A stretch of DNA of 64,000 nucleotides from Eledone cirrhosa. Taxonomy: Eukaryota. The notes below the pieces were generated by a model. The model saw only the letters and a program-made list of their open reading frames with translations, had not been told where the DNA came from and made no database searches. Shown here piece by piece: positions 25,470-42,202 of the stretch. Position numbers and translations under genes: made by a program. Numbering within the stretch: the first letter of the stretch is position 1; each line of letters starts with the position of its first letter. The stretch spans positions 358,794,001 to 358,858,000 of the forward strand of contig OZ024742.1 of the NCBI GenBank assembly GCA_964016885.1. The letters run 5' to 3'.

Positions 25470-26835
25470 AGAATATATGATGAAATAGTGAGGTAAGATT
25501 CCCAGACGACTATGAATATATGATGAAATAGTGAGGTATGTAAGAATCCCAGACGACTAGAATATATGATGAAATAGTGAGGTATGTAAGATTCCCAGAC
25601 GACTATGAATATATGATGAAATAGTGAGGTATGTAAGATTCCCAGACGACTATGAATATATGATGAAATAGTGAGGTATGTAAGATTCCCAGACGACTAG
25701 AATATATGATGAAATAGTGAGGTAAGATTCCCAGACGACTAGAATATATGATGAAATAGTGAGGTAAGATTCCCAGACGACTAGAATATATGATGAAATA
25801 GTGAGGTAAGATTCCCAGACGACTAGAATATATGATGAAATAGTGAGGTAAGATTCCCAGACGACTAGAATATATGATGAAATAGTGAGGTAAGATTCCC
25901 AGACGACTAGAATATATGATGAAATAGTGAGGTAAGATTCCCAGACGACTAGAATATGTGATGAAATACTGAGGTAAGATTCCCAGACGACTAGAATATA
26001 TGATGAAATAGTGAGGTAAGATTCCCAGACGACTAGAATATATGATGAAATACTGAGGTAAGATTCCCAGACGACTAGAATATATGATGAAATACTGAGG
26101 TAAGATTCCCAGACGACTAGAATATATGATGAAATAGTGAGGTAAGATTCCCAGACGACTAGAATATATGATGAAATACTGAGGTAAGATTCCCAGACGA
26201 CGAGAATATATGATGAAATAGTGAGGTAAGATTCCCAGACTACTAGAATATATGATGAAATACTGTGGTAAGATTCCCAGACGACTAGAATATATGATGA
26301 AATAGTGAGGTAAGATTCCCAGACGACTAGAATATATGATGAAATACTGAGGTAAGATTCCCAGACGACTAGAATATATGATGAAATACTGAGGTAAAAT
26401 TCCCAGACGACTAGAATATATGACGAAATAGTGAGGTAAGATTCCCAGACGACTAGAATATGTAATGAAATACTGAGGTAAGATTCCCAGACGACTAGAA
26501 TATATGATGAAATACTGAGGTAAGATTCCCAGACGACTAGAATATATGATGAAATACTGAGATAAGATTCCCAGACGACTAGAACATATGATGAAATAGT
26601 GAGGTAAGATTCCCAGACGACTAGAATATGTGATGAAATACTGAGGTAAGATTCCCAGACGACTAGAATATATGATGAAATAGTGAGGTAAGATTCCCAG
26701 ACGACTAGAATATATGATGAAATAGTGAGGTAAGATTCCCAGACGACTAGAATTTATGATGAAATACTGAGGTAAGATTCCCAGACGACTAGAATATATG
26801 ATGAAATACTGAGGTAAGATTCCAGACGACTATGA
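25470..26835. repeat. 42-bp minisatellite, about 32 copies
   Basis: Unit gaatatatgatgaaata(g/c)tgaggtaagattcccagacgacta. A few early units carry short insertions. Confidence 0.95.
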
Positions 26836-26917
26836 AAAGCTTTGTGTAATAATTGGAACGTACACTGAAGCCTCCATATATCACTAAATACTAAGATATG
26901 TATACATGAGTGAATAT

Positions 26918-27280
26918 TAATTGTTTCTACTTTTGGCACAAGGACAACAGTTATCTCAGTGCATTACTGGTACTTTATTTTATCGACCCCGTAAGGATGA
27001 AAGGCAAAGTTAACCTCGGCGGGATTTGAACTCAAACCATATAGAGCTGTATCTCTTTGCTTGCAAAGCATGGCGTCTGACACTCTACCGATACTGCTAG
27101 TCAATGATATTGTATCGGCTGAGGTTTGGGCTCCATGCGTTCTAACATAGTTACGCCCCTTTACAGACTGAGTTCAAATCCCACCGAAGTTAACTTTGCA
27201 TTTCATCCTTAAGGGGTCGATAAAATAAAGTACCACTGGGATAATTGCTGGACTGGTGCTAAATGAAGAAACAATAATTA
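26918..27280. mobile_element. Two head-to-head SINE family A copies (26918-27102 -, 27130-27280 +)
   Basis: Family A core present in both orientations. Confidence 0.8.
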
Positions 27281-27920
27281 ATAAACGATTCGTTTGCAAG
27301 TGAACAACCGCATAACGTTATATATGTTCTAGAAGATTAACTACATTCTTTAATATTAATATTATTATTATTCACTCACGAATACATTTACGCATCCTCT
27401 ATGTTAGAGCGAAAACAAATTTTGTTTCTAAGAGGTATATTATTCTACAAAAAATGAAAGTGAGTAAGCAAGGCTTGTACAAAAATATATAATTCTTCGT
27501 ATATAGACAAGGTTGGGGTCACGGGGAACTTCAGTTGTGGGGGCTCGTCATACACACATCATTAGAATACACAGTAAACCATCCAATTTTACATATCAAA
27601 ATCAGCTTGGCACAATTAATCGGAATTGAAAAGTTATTCATACTGGTATTAAATTCTAAAATTCTAACAATCCTACCAATATAAACATGAGGCAGAAAGT
27701 TATTATGAGCGTTAATTAGCAGCCAAATCATTATCAAATCCTTCTTCTTCTTCTTCACCTCCACCTCCTCCCTGAAAGGATCATTGTGCAGAGTTCTCAA
27801 ACTCTACCTCCAGCGTGTCATGCCAAATGCAACCATCTCCAACAGATCCAGCTGGACAGAAATAGCCGTCGAAACGGCTTGAGCTCTGCCGCCGGGGTTA
27901 AACTTTTTCCTATATATATA

Positions 27921-29330
27921 TTGAGATGCGTGGCGTGTATAAGACTGTAACGCGTAGAAGAATGAAGGAAAGAGCGTAAAGGATAAAAATAAAAATTACA
28001 ACACGAAAAAGAGTTACCTTGGGAGAGATTTAATTGTCCCTATATATTTCGGATTCACATCCATCAACTGGGTTTTTTTCCGGGGGGAAGGATGGGGTGT
28101 CTGTCGGAAAGGTGCGAAACGTGTCCTCCGTTGTTCGTTGATTTGAATATCTGAGGTATTCAGCAGAGCGCGCGTGTGCGTGAAATTCGGTCGGTCAGGC
28201 AGAGGTCAGCGGCCGAAGTAGTTCTTTCAATTGTGGGAGTGGGGTGGCATTAGCTGTCAGTCCATTCTCTGCCTGTTTGGTGAATGTTACTGTGTGTGCG
28301 TGTGTTGTTGCCTTGTTCCTCTGTATTGGCAGTGTAGTATGTTCGTATGGTGGAATGCTACTCTGTGTGTGTGTGTGCGTGTGTTGCTGTCTCGCTTGTG
28401 TGTGTGTGCGTGTGTAGCTGCATCGTTTGTTAACTTAACCAATCACCTCATTTCGCTTCTCTCGTAAGCACATACGTCGTGTATAAGATAGAATGTAACA
28501 GTGTAACAAATGCAACCAATACTATATAGGTAGCACAATCCGGCAGTTGCACATCCGGATCAAGGAACACACTAAAACTAGGGCCTCGTATTTCCGGAAA
28601 CACATAGCCAAATGCGGAAACAAAGACGGAAGACCCATTGTCACATTTCTAGCGACAGAAAGAAACGTCGGCACGTTACGTATCAAGTAAGCACTTTGGA
28701 TCAAACGCCTAGGGCTACAATTAAACAACTGATCCGAGAGAAGCGAAATGAGGTGGTTGGTTTAAGTTAACAAACGATGCAGCTACACACGCTCACATAA
28801 ACACAAGCGAGACAGCAACACACGCACACACACACAGTAGCATTCCACCATACGAACATACTACACTGCCAATACAGAGGAACAAGGCAACAACACAGGC
28901 ACACATACACACACTCAAGCGAGACAATAACACACGCACGCACACACACACACACACACACTAACATTCACCAAATAGGCAGAGAATGGACTGACAGCTA
29001 GCGCCACCCCACTCCCACAATTGAAAGAACTACTTCGGCAGCTGACCTCTGCCTCACCGACCCAATTTCACGTGCACGCGCGCGCTGCTGAATACCTCAG
29101 ATATTCAAAACAACGAACAGCGGAGGACACGTTTCGCACCTTTCCCACAGACAACATCACCCCTCCCCGGAAAAAAACCCCAGTTGATGGATGTGAATCT
29201 GAAATATATAGGGACAATTAAATCTCTCCCAAGGTAACTCTTTCTCGTGTTGTTATTTTTATTTTTATCCTTTACGCTCTTACTTTCATTTCTCTACACG
29301 TTACAGTCTTATACACGCCACGCATCTCAA
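27921..29330 (+). mobile_element. 5'-truncated Penelope-like element with inverted pseudo-LTR
   Basis: Inverted arms 27921-28464 and 28735-29330 flank a GIY-YIG remnant. Confidence 0.85.
28473..28765 (+). pseudogene. GIY-YIG endonuclease remnant of a PLE
   Basis: After removing an 8-nt duplication it reads YVVYKIECNKCNQYYIGSTIRQLHIRIKEHTKTRASYFRKHIAKC...LRIK*ALWIKRLGLQLNN*. It is missing from the ORF track. Confidence 0.85.
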
Positions 29331-29467
29331 CGTACACCCACTTACATCTCTCTCTCCACCACCGGATCTTGTTACCCGGAGATTTACCCATCTGCATTGT
29401 CGAGGCTTCCAAACGACTTAAAGAAATTTACCTTATTATTCTACAATGCTTCAAGCAAAATTCAATA

Positions 29468-29539
<72 letters not shown>

Positions 29540-29680
29540 AATATATATATAAATGTATCAGTTAGGGTGTGGTGAAAATCAGCTAGACCATAACCCACCA
29601 GAGTACTCGATACTTGGGGTAGTCGAGTGGGTAATATTTAAAGATTCAGGACCCCGACGGGGTGGTCGTGGTTTTTCATT

Positions 29681-29886
29681 GAGAAAAACCACATACCCTC
29701 TATCTCAACTCTACTTTTGAAAAGCAGAAGAAATGCGAAACCGGTAAATGAACCAAATAAATATATATATTTTTAAAAAAATAAGACTCCAGTTGCATTT
29801 TCGATTTCATCTTTTTTTCTTTATACTTTCACTCGTGTAGGACACCTCAGTTATTTTTCATTTCGTAAAAAAACTCACTTTCTAAT
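29681..29886 (+). mobile_element. Solo pseudo-LTR of the 45931-50659 PLE family
   Basis: The 5' part matches the reverse complement of 45932-46073 and the 3' part matches the reverse complement of 50580-50659. It holds a decayed copy of the U3-A8 hammerhead at 29713-29750. Confidence 0.85.
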
Positions 29887-29890
29887 AATA

Positions 29891-29947
<57 letters not shown>

Positions 29948-29959
29948 ATATATATGTAT

Positions 29960-30630
29960 ATATATAAATTAATATGTATGTGATGAAACACAGATACAAA
30001 TACATCTGTATATATATTGCAAAAGAAAGATTTATCCAGATTGAAGTATACTAATTATTATACTACAGTTTGTCCATATCGATTTAAAATAATAAATCAA
30101 CGAAGACGAACTGTATTGCCAAGAGGCTGTGATGTTTAGACACATCTAAATTTCAAAATCAAACCTGTTCCGTAGATAAGTTTAAACTTTAAGATCCAAA
30201 TATGTTTCGAGTTAAATAAGTGTAGGAATATCATGTCCTGCTCTCCTCAGTAAACATCCAGGGACAAATTGATATGCTTCACTTCTAAATAATTTAAAAG
30301 ACTGCGTGACGCACATGGTTTTACAATATCTAACTAGTCTCATAACCGTACTGCTAGAAATAACAGTCGTATATATGAGGCGGCTTGCAGCTCAAACTAG
30401 GAGCAGTTAAAATTAATAAGGTAATGAATTCTTTTACAATGGAATCAGCTCGAAGGAGGAAAATACCCCCTGAGCAGTGTATAAATTAATATGTATGTGA
30501 TGAAACACAGATACCAACACATCTGTATATATATTGCAAAAGAAAAATTTAGCCAGATTGAAGTATACTAATTATTATACTACAGTTTGTCCATTCGAGC
30601 TGATTCCATTGTAAAAGAATTCATTACCTT

Positions 30631-30632
<2 letters not shown>
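29960..30632. mobile_element. Insert in (TA)n with a direct repeat (29960-30077/30480-30595), a short inversion (30417-30454/30595-30632) and a hammerhead-like motif
   Basis: Minus strand 30195-30254: TTTA-CTGAGGA-GAG...CTC-GAAA-CATA-TT-TGGA (canonical core, weak stems). Confidence 0.6.
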
Positions 30633-31486
<854 letters not shown>

Positions 31487-32284
31487 TATTGTGTAAATAT
31501 TATTGTGTAAATATTATTGTGTAAATATTATTGTGTAAATAAATAAAATATTGTGTAAATAAATAAATATTGTGTAAATATTATTGTGTAAATATTATTG
31601 TGTAAATAAATAAAATAAAATAAAATAAGATAAATAAATACATACACAAGCACAATAACAACAAGCACATAAACACACACTAGTCACCCAGCAGACACAA
31701 CACTATACACACTAGTCACACAGCACACATAACACTATACACACACGCAAACGCATGCGCAAAGAAGACAAAATAAAATAAACAAACAAGCAAGTAAATA
31801 AATAAATATATAGACAGACTGAATAAAAAATGGCGTAGACATACAACACAACAGGAGGGAAAAAAATATAACACCACTGACCATGTTGCAGATGTGCAAC
31901 GAAAGATTTATGTAAATTATGTAAACTATATATATGTGTTTGTGTCTATATTGTATCTGTATTATTTTTGACCGTCGGTCAGTCAATGGCAACATTGAGG
32001 ACCGAGTAAGTTAGATCGCAGATATAAAAGACAGCGAGAAGCGAAGACCAACCAAACAGTGAGTGTGTTCTATTATTAATTCAGGCAATATTACGCAAAT
32101 ATGACCCTCCCCATGTATATATATATATATATATACATATATAAATATATATATATACATATATAAATATATATATATACATATATAAATATATATATAC
32201 ATATATATATATACATATATATATATAAATACAAATATATATATGTGTATATATATATATGTATATATATATATACATATATAG

Positions 32285-32690
32285 AGAGATGACCCCTTAG
32301 CCTTTGTCATGGCAGAATTCTAGGAGAAGGAAAACTCTGATATAACACCTGCAACTCTGATGGTATCCAATGATGTTGACTTGTTCTTCTTTTTGGTAAA
32401 TATCATCTTGGTTAAGAGAATGGGACTGGCTTTGTGCAGTGCCTTTGCTCACTATAAAAGCTTCACAGCACAGGCATTGCTTTATATCTGGAGATCTCCC
32501 TGCACTTGTCGTCACATGATACCATGGGCCCAGCACTAAGTGTCAATAATTGTCACAAGTGTAGTGTTTGTACCAGAGTTTTCAAGTCGCTGGCTGGACT
32601 AAAAAGTCACACTCGTTCAGCGCATCGGTAGGGGTTCTCCTACATGGATATAAAGTAGTGGCCGTACTCGAAAACGAGTTGGCAGCCACC

Positions 32691-32692
<2 letters not shown>
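32285..32692 (+). mobile_element. ~410-bp non-autonomous element with an RTE-like 3' tail encoding a C2H2 finger
   Basis: 32554-32631 encodes [25 protein letters not shown]. It ends in the hairpin gtggc..ctcgaaaacgag..gccac and then (TA)n. An inverted copy is at 36030-36438. Confidence 0.65.
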
Positions 32693-33505
<813 letters not shown>

Positions 33506-33706
33506 CTTTATATGTAATAATCTCCCGTTAGGTTGAGATACAAATCTGGCTGTATTGTGCTGCGCTTTCTAGCAAAAAGCGACCAGCCGTAAGCAACTAA
33601 CCACATTCCTACTAACCTGACCGCTGCTACGTCACGATTGTTAGCCATTTTTGAATGTATTCTTGGCGCGATCACTTTGGAAAATTTATTGTCTAAATTT
33701 GAGCTC

Positions 33707-33783
33707 ACTTCCTGAAGAGTCCGGTGCTTTAGGTTCCGAAGCCCTCGAATATCTTAAAATGCGGACGAAACCATGGTCGAGGT
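33707..33783 (+). ncRNA. Type I hammerhead ribozyme, fully canonical core
   Basis: ACTTC-CTGAAGA-GTCCG-(38 nt)-CGGAC-GAAA-CCATGG-TC-GAGGT, with G10.1-C11.1, palindromic stem III and a GUC triplet (cleavage predicted after 33778). Confidence 0.8.
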
Positions 33784-34058
33784 AACTAAATGTGTTCACT
33801 TTTCTCCTAGTTTATTTTACACCTAATTCTGTTTAATTGACTGTATATCTGGCGATTACGCTATCGAAATATTCGATAAATATTCCGTCGCAGCCGGCGC
33901 GAAGGGCTGGTTTCGGTTATTTGTTGGAGATTTCTTCATAGAAGCCTTATTCGTATAGCTTGGTCTATTCGATTTTTTATATGGTTAATTATGCTAATTG
34001 GGAGAGGAAATGGTATATATTTTATCTGGTGATTCTATAGACATGATTTATGATATAT

Positions 34059-34180
<122 letters not shown>

Positions 34181-34224
34181 TTTTAGATTATGTTGGTTGT
34201 ATACCAACACCTCAGTATGCAGGC

Positions 34225-34348
<124 letters not shown>

Positions 34349-35633
34349 CATGGAAAGTTATATTTAAATTGTTGGGTTACAACTAGTAAATATTTATAAC
34401 TGATATAAAAGCACTCGACAAGTATTTGGAGTATATTTACAATATTAAATAAATGGAAACTATATTTATAAAACCATATTTATTTCATTATATATATTTC
34501 AGGGATATCATATTAACAACATGCTATGCCTTCCTCAGACAAAATACAATATAAACAGTTTTATAGATAAATAGGTTTGACATACCGTAACAACATCGAC
34601 TTGTATTTGAAAAAGTTGAATTGGCAGTGAAAAAATTGTACACAGAGAGAAAGAAAGAGAGAAAAAAGGAAAGAAAGACAGAAAACGAAGAAAAAGAAGA
34701 AATGCATGGAACAAAATAGAGAGATGGAAAAATAGATAAAGAGAAGAACTTCATGTAAAGAAACAGAGAGAGATATATATATATAGAGAGAGAGGAAATA
34801 GAGATAGATACATATATATAGAAAACTAGGTAGTGGGACGTCCGTTGAGTAAACGTATCAATGATACATTTATTTATTTATTTATTTATTTAGCTCTAGT
34901 ATTAATGTAAGGGAGATATATGGAGAGAAACCAGCTGTTATATAGAGAGAAAAATTTAAAAATAACCAGACATAGGCGAGGCGTAAAAACCCTATGTTTT
35001 AATGTAGAGGTATTAGTATGTATAAAAACCAGCCACTATATTGTAAATATCAGAATTCCTGAATGAGATATGTATCCATAATGTGTACTCATACCTACAC
35101 ATGGGTATATATATATATACATACATACATATACATACATATACACACATACAGATACATAACTAAATATACATATATACACATACACGCACACATACAC
35201 ACACACATACACCCACACACGTGTACACACATACACACACACACACATATATACATATATACATATGTCCGTATATATACATCCGTTCACACATACATGC
35301 ATACACAGACACACACACATACACACATACTCTTTTACTCTTTTACCTGTTTCAGCCATCCGGCTGAGGCCATGCTGGGGCACCGATATATATATATATA
35401 AAGAGAGAGAGAGGCATACACCCACACACATATATATATATATATATACATACATATACATATATGTACACATAAACACATACAAACACATATACACATA
35501 CATACATATACACATATATATATATCTATATATATATACACATACATATATATATATACATACATACACCTACACATACACATACAAATACATACATACA
35601 CACATACATATATACACATACATATACATACAT

Positions 35634-35678
<45 letters not shown>

Positions 35679-36029
35679 TACACATACACACACATACATA
35701 CACAGATACATATATATATATATATATATGTGTGTACGCACATAAAGACACATATATACATGCATATATATATATATATATATATACATATATATACATA
35801 CATCAACATACATACATACATACATATACAGATACAGAAACATACATATATGTACACACATATATACATATATGCACATACATATATACATATATGCACA
35901 TACATACACACACACACATATAGATACATACATATACATACACACACATATAAATATATATCTATATATATATATATACATATATATACATATATATATA
36001 TATATAAACATACACATACATACATATAC

Positions 36030-36438
36030 ATGGTGGCTGCCAACTCGTTTTCGGGTACGGGCACTACTTTATATCCATGTAGGAGAACCCCTACCGATGC
36101 GCTGAACGAATGTTACTTTTTAGTTCAGCCAGCGACTTGAAAACACTGGTACAAAGACTACACTTGTGACCATTATTGACACATACTGCAGGGCCCATGG
36201 TACCATGTGATGACAAGTGCAGAGAGATCTCCAGATATAAAGCAATGCCTGTGCTGTGAAGCTTTTATAGTGAGCAAAGGCACTGCACAAAGCCAGTCCC
36301 ACTCTCTTAACCAAGATGATATTTACCAAAAATAAGAACAAGTCAACATCATTGGATACCACCAGGGTTGCAGGTGTTATATCAGAGCTTTCCTTCTCCT
36401 AGAATTCTGCCTTGACAAAGGCTAAGGGGTCATCTCTC
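36030..36438 (-). mobile_element. Second copy of the 32285-32692 element
   Basis: End-to-end reverse-complement match. Confidence 0.8.
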
Positions 36439-36693
36439 CCATATACATATATATACACGCATACACACACATACATATACATATATATACACACATACAC
36501 ACATATATATATATATATACACACACACATACAAACATACACACATCCATACATATATATACACACACATACACACACCCACATACATATATACCCACAC
36601 GTACATACATCCATACATACCTACACACATATATGTGTGTGTCTCACCGTTCACTCAGATATTCATGAGTACACATAAGAAGAGGGGGGGGGG

Positions 36694-37720
36694 TTAGTGA
36701 AATGGAATTTTACCTCCGAGTGTTAATTCATTTTTCGTGTTCAGTAGTGGTTTAAATTTTTCAATGAAGAATTCTTCTTTATATCGGCGGAAATGTTCGT
36801 TATCCGACCATATCTTGAAGAAAGGGAAGATTGTGAATTTTCCCTTCCGGCATGATGCAAAGTGTGCGCTACATGTGGTATTTCTGACTGTGGGGTCTTT
36901 AATTTGTTGTTTATGTACCCGGACTCTATCATGTAATCCCGTTCCGGTTTCCCCAATGTAATACTCTTTACACCGTGGACATGTTGCGCAATATATTAGG
37001 TTTTTCGTTTTGCAGTTCATGTTTGCATTGATCTTGAAATTATCATGGTTTTTGAAGGACAACTGCTTGCCCTCTTCGATGAGTTCACAGGTTCCACATC
37101 TAGGGTCCCCGCATTTCGTCACTTGCATTGATTCCATGTTGGTCGTAAATTTTGCCTTGGTAATTAGTTTTTTAAGGTGGGTGCTTGGCGTCTGCAATAA
37201 ATTATCTGTGTGTTTTTTAAGAGTGCATTCATTTTGGTAGATTGCTGTAGAATCGGGAGATACTGCTTAGCAGTTTTCACAATGCTGATGTTCCCTGGGT
37301 TGTGAGTGATGACAAAAGAGATAGCAGGGTTTTCTTTTTTATGTTGTGGGTTTGGTTTTCTCAGTGTTGTTATTGGGATGTTCTTAGCCTTGCAGATGGC
37401 TGCGTTGATGAGTTTCATCGGGTATTCTTGTTTTTAAGGAATTTTTTCAGGTTACATAATCTTTTTTCTTATAGTACGGGGTGTGTTGCTATAGTGCAGA
37501 TGCGCCTTGCCATGTTGAAGGGAATGTTCCTTTTCGTATGTGAGGGATGTGCTGACCGGACATTTAAGTATTGGTGTGTGTCAGTGGGTTTGCAAAATAG
37601 GTCCGTTATGATATTTTACCCCTTCTTTAATGATGAGGATATCCAGAAAGGGCAGTTCCTTTTCGTTAAATTCCATAGTGAATTGTATAGCTTCATGAAG
37701 CCTGTTTAAGATCGAATAAA
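36694..37720 (-). pseudogene. 5'-truncated, frameshifted PLE: RT C-terminus/thumb + Cys linker + GIY-YIG
   Basis: [49 protein letters not shown] and NLIYCATCPRCKEYYIGET..RVRVH, spread over several frames. Confidence 0.9.
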
Positions 37721-37729
37721 TTTTTTTTT

Positions 37730-39173
<1,444 letters not shown>

Positions 39174-39174
<1 letters not shown>

Positions 39175-39413
39175 GGAGGAGGTTATAGTTCACTTGAAGC
39201 ATTGTGTAATGAGGTATAAACGTTTGAATATGTGTAATAAAGCCAAAACAATGCAGGTATGGACATAGAAAAAAGAATGCAATTGTAAAAGATATTGTTG
39301 ACAATTCGTCCTTTACCTTAGATTTATTTAAATGTCCTTAATTTTCGAGATAATATCTCTTCTTCGGAGGGAAATAAAGGTCTCAAACCAGCGTTCTAAA
39401 TATCTTGCCAAGC
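39174..39413 (-). mobile_element. Copy of the 13456-13923 family arm
   Basis: Matches the reverse complement of 13692-13923. A partial third copy is at 42197-42335. Confidence 0.85.
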
Positions 39414-39414
39414 C

Positions 39415-40616
39415 AGACTCTAGAATATACACACCCTATCATAAACTTAACGAAAAACTAATTTATGTGAACAACTTTAACCACCCTAAATCCATATTAA
39501 ACTCCATTACCAAAGGAATATCCAATAGAATCTCTAATCTATCATATAATGAAACTATATTCAACAATAATTCACAATACTATAATGAGGCCTTAGCTAA
39601 ATCAGGACATAAGAATGAGATTGAATTCCTACCTATAAAATCACATAGTTACAACATTATTTCTCATAGTATGGCCATGAGTAAACATAGTAAAAACAAT
39701 CGCCAATATAACTCTAAGAAGAAGATTGATACCAAACTTAAGTCGCACCAAAGTAAACACCACAATAATAATACAAACGGGAATATAAATACCTAAAAGA
39801 AACTATAATATAAACAAAAATAGAAGGAAAACTAATACATTCTTCAATCCCCCATTCAATCTAAACGTCTCAACCAACTTGCCTAAGGCTTTCTTCTCAA
39901 TCTTAGAAAAAAACTTCCCGACCGGCCACAAGTACTATAGCCTTATCAATAAAAATACAATTAAAATATCGTACTCCACCACTCCTAACATAGCATATCA
40001 TATAGCTAGGAGTAATGAAAGGAAAATTAATAGCTATTTCCAACTAATTAAAAGAGGAGGGAAACTTAGTACCTGTAAACAATGAAATCAATAACAATAC
40101 GAATGATAGGCATCATTACCCTAGTGCTACCGATAGCAACCAGAATTCCTCACAACATAGGAACCGGCAAGCTAAAACCCAGAATAAATGTAACTGTAGA
40201 ACTAATAGAACTTGCTCCTTAGGTAGTAATTGCTTAACCAAAGACATCATCTACTCATGCACCGTCAACGCAAACAACTCTTCTAAAACATATATAGGTT
40301 CTACTTCGAACAACTTCAAGACGAGATACAACTCGCACCTCTACTCTTTCAAAAAACTCAATCTAGTCAACTCCACTTCTTTATCTAGCTACATACACTC
40401 TCTGAAAAAAGGAACAGACCATTTACACTGCAATGGGAAGTAGAAGGTAGGGCCTCATCGTATAAACCACTGAATAAATTGTGTAATCTCTGCCTTCTGG
40501 AGACCCATACTATAATCTTTTCGAAACTAGACCTCCTTAATAGAAAGTCAGAGACATTTTCCTCGTGTCAACACCGGTACCGACACTCGTTCCATAACTT
40601 TAAACCTAGCTGTTAG
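39415..40616 (+). pseudogene. 5'-truncated, frameshifted PLE of a different clade (CxC-type linker + GIY-YIG)
   Basis: YTPYHK..NHPKSILNSI..ISNRISNLS; FFNPPFNLNVSTN..NKNTIKISYS; KCNCRTNRTCSLGSNCLTKDIIYSCTV..KTYIGSTSNNFKTRYNSH; CNLCLLE..LLNRKSE..SCQH. Confidence 0.85.
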
Positions 40617-41936
40617 TATACAACAATGTCAGATTTGAATCCCCCACCACCATTAACACTACACATCTAGGACTTAGCAGCAACCACAACCACAAACCCC
40701 TCGACCAACTCTTTCCGCTACACAACTCCTTTTCATCTATAACCTTATGCTCTGCAATAACAGGTAGAATTGGACATAGAGTTGCCACCTTGTGATATAA
40801 CTACAATAGATTAATTATATCATATGCAGTAATGGATATTTAGCACTTGGTATGTAGAGACATTTAATGAAATGTGTGATGATGGACTATATGTGCATTT
40901 ATGGTTGTATAAGTAAATGATTAAATTACACAACATAATATATACACTTATAATTAAATATAAAATGTAATAGCATTCTATGATAGGGATGATGTCATTG
41001 CACATGTAGCATATCTATTATGACATATTAACAGCTGTATGATCCTTCATGACATATACCTTGTCCAGTAATGAATGGATAACAATCTAAAGAAACCTTT
41101 AATGTTGATTGTAGAATACACTATATTTTAAAATCAGGCATAAATATACAGGGTTATGTAACAGATCCAATGGTATCGCATTATATTGTGTATTAGAACA
41201 AAGAATTTTAATAACTGAATTGAACTTAATTAAATAGTTACCTCCCCTTACGCATTAGCTCCCCTTATTCACTTCCGGAAATTAACGATTGAAAATTTAA
41301 CGGTGGATCATATATAGTCTATGAATATGAATTCATTAAGACGAATTTACGATCCATTGCTCTAACTAACTTAAAACACTCAATATAAACACCAACTAGA
41401 GTTTATTTCAAAATATGTCATGGAAAAGTCTGCAAAAACTGTATGTTTCTCAACACACATTAATTGGAACACCATCAAAATCCAACATCCACCATATACT
41501 CTAATACATTAACATATTTGCTTTAATTGCAGTAGTTATTCATCTACTTATTCACCTATATGTGCATAATAGATTTGCTTGTCTCCCTCTCATGTATATG
41601 ACTTACCCAGTCACACTATCCACGCGCATGCTTATGAATTGTTATCGCACTCTTCCTTTCTCAAAACTGCTTCCTCAATGCCTCTTTAATATCTGGACTG
41701 TTCCCTTGTTTTAACAGTTGCATGCATTCCACTCCGTGCTTTTGATTTTGATTTTGATTTTAATTTTGAATTCGAACTTGAATGTTTGTACAATTATTGT
41801 ACAATTCTCGTGAAATATATGTCACATACATTCCACCCGGTAAATACGAAACTGTTGCTCACAACATCAATTTATATGTATCTATATTGTTGTTCAGTTG
41901 AATAGGAGGTTAATTATATGTGCAAACATTCATAAC

Positions 41937-41981
41937 GCTCCGATGACTCCAAACGAGAGTTTGGAAGAAACGATTGTCAGC
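41937..41981 (+). ncRNA. Hammerhead-like motif (CCGAUGA core) in the presumed 3' UTR of the 39415-40616 PLE
   Basis: GCT-CCGATGA-cTCCAAACgagaGTTTGGAa-GAAA-CGATTG-TC-AGC. It is on the same strand as the ORF, about 170 bp before the (TA)n junction. Confidence 0.6.
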
Positions 41982-42158
41982 TATTAAATGATTTGAACAC
42001 AACTTTGATAATTGTATAATTTATTGATTTAACTGCTCTGTAAAACAACTGATGTTCATACATTGAGCTATTTCCCTTACTGGTAATAAGGTTATTAAGA
42101 AATTACTGACCTTCCTGTTTGTGGTTGTTAATACTATATACATAAATACAAATAGTAT

Positions 42159-42202
<44 letters not shown>

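Noticed and set aside
25470-26835. CRISPR array or tandem hammerhead array
   Set aside because: There are no unique spacers and the context is eukaryotic. CTGAGGT/TGATGAAA do not form the core with paired stems.
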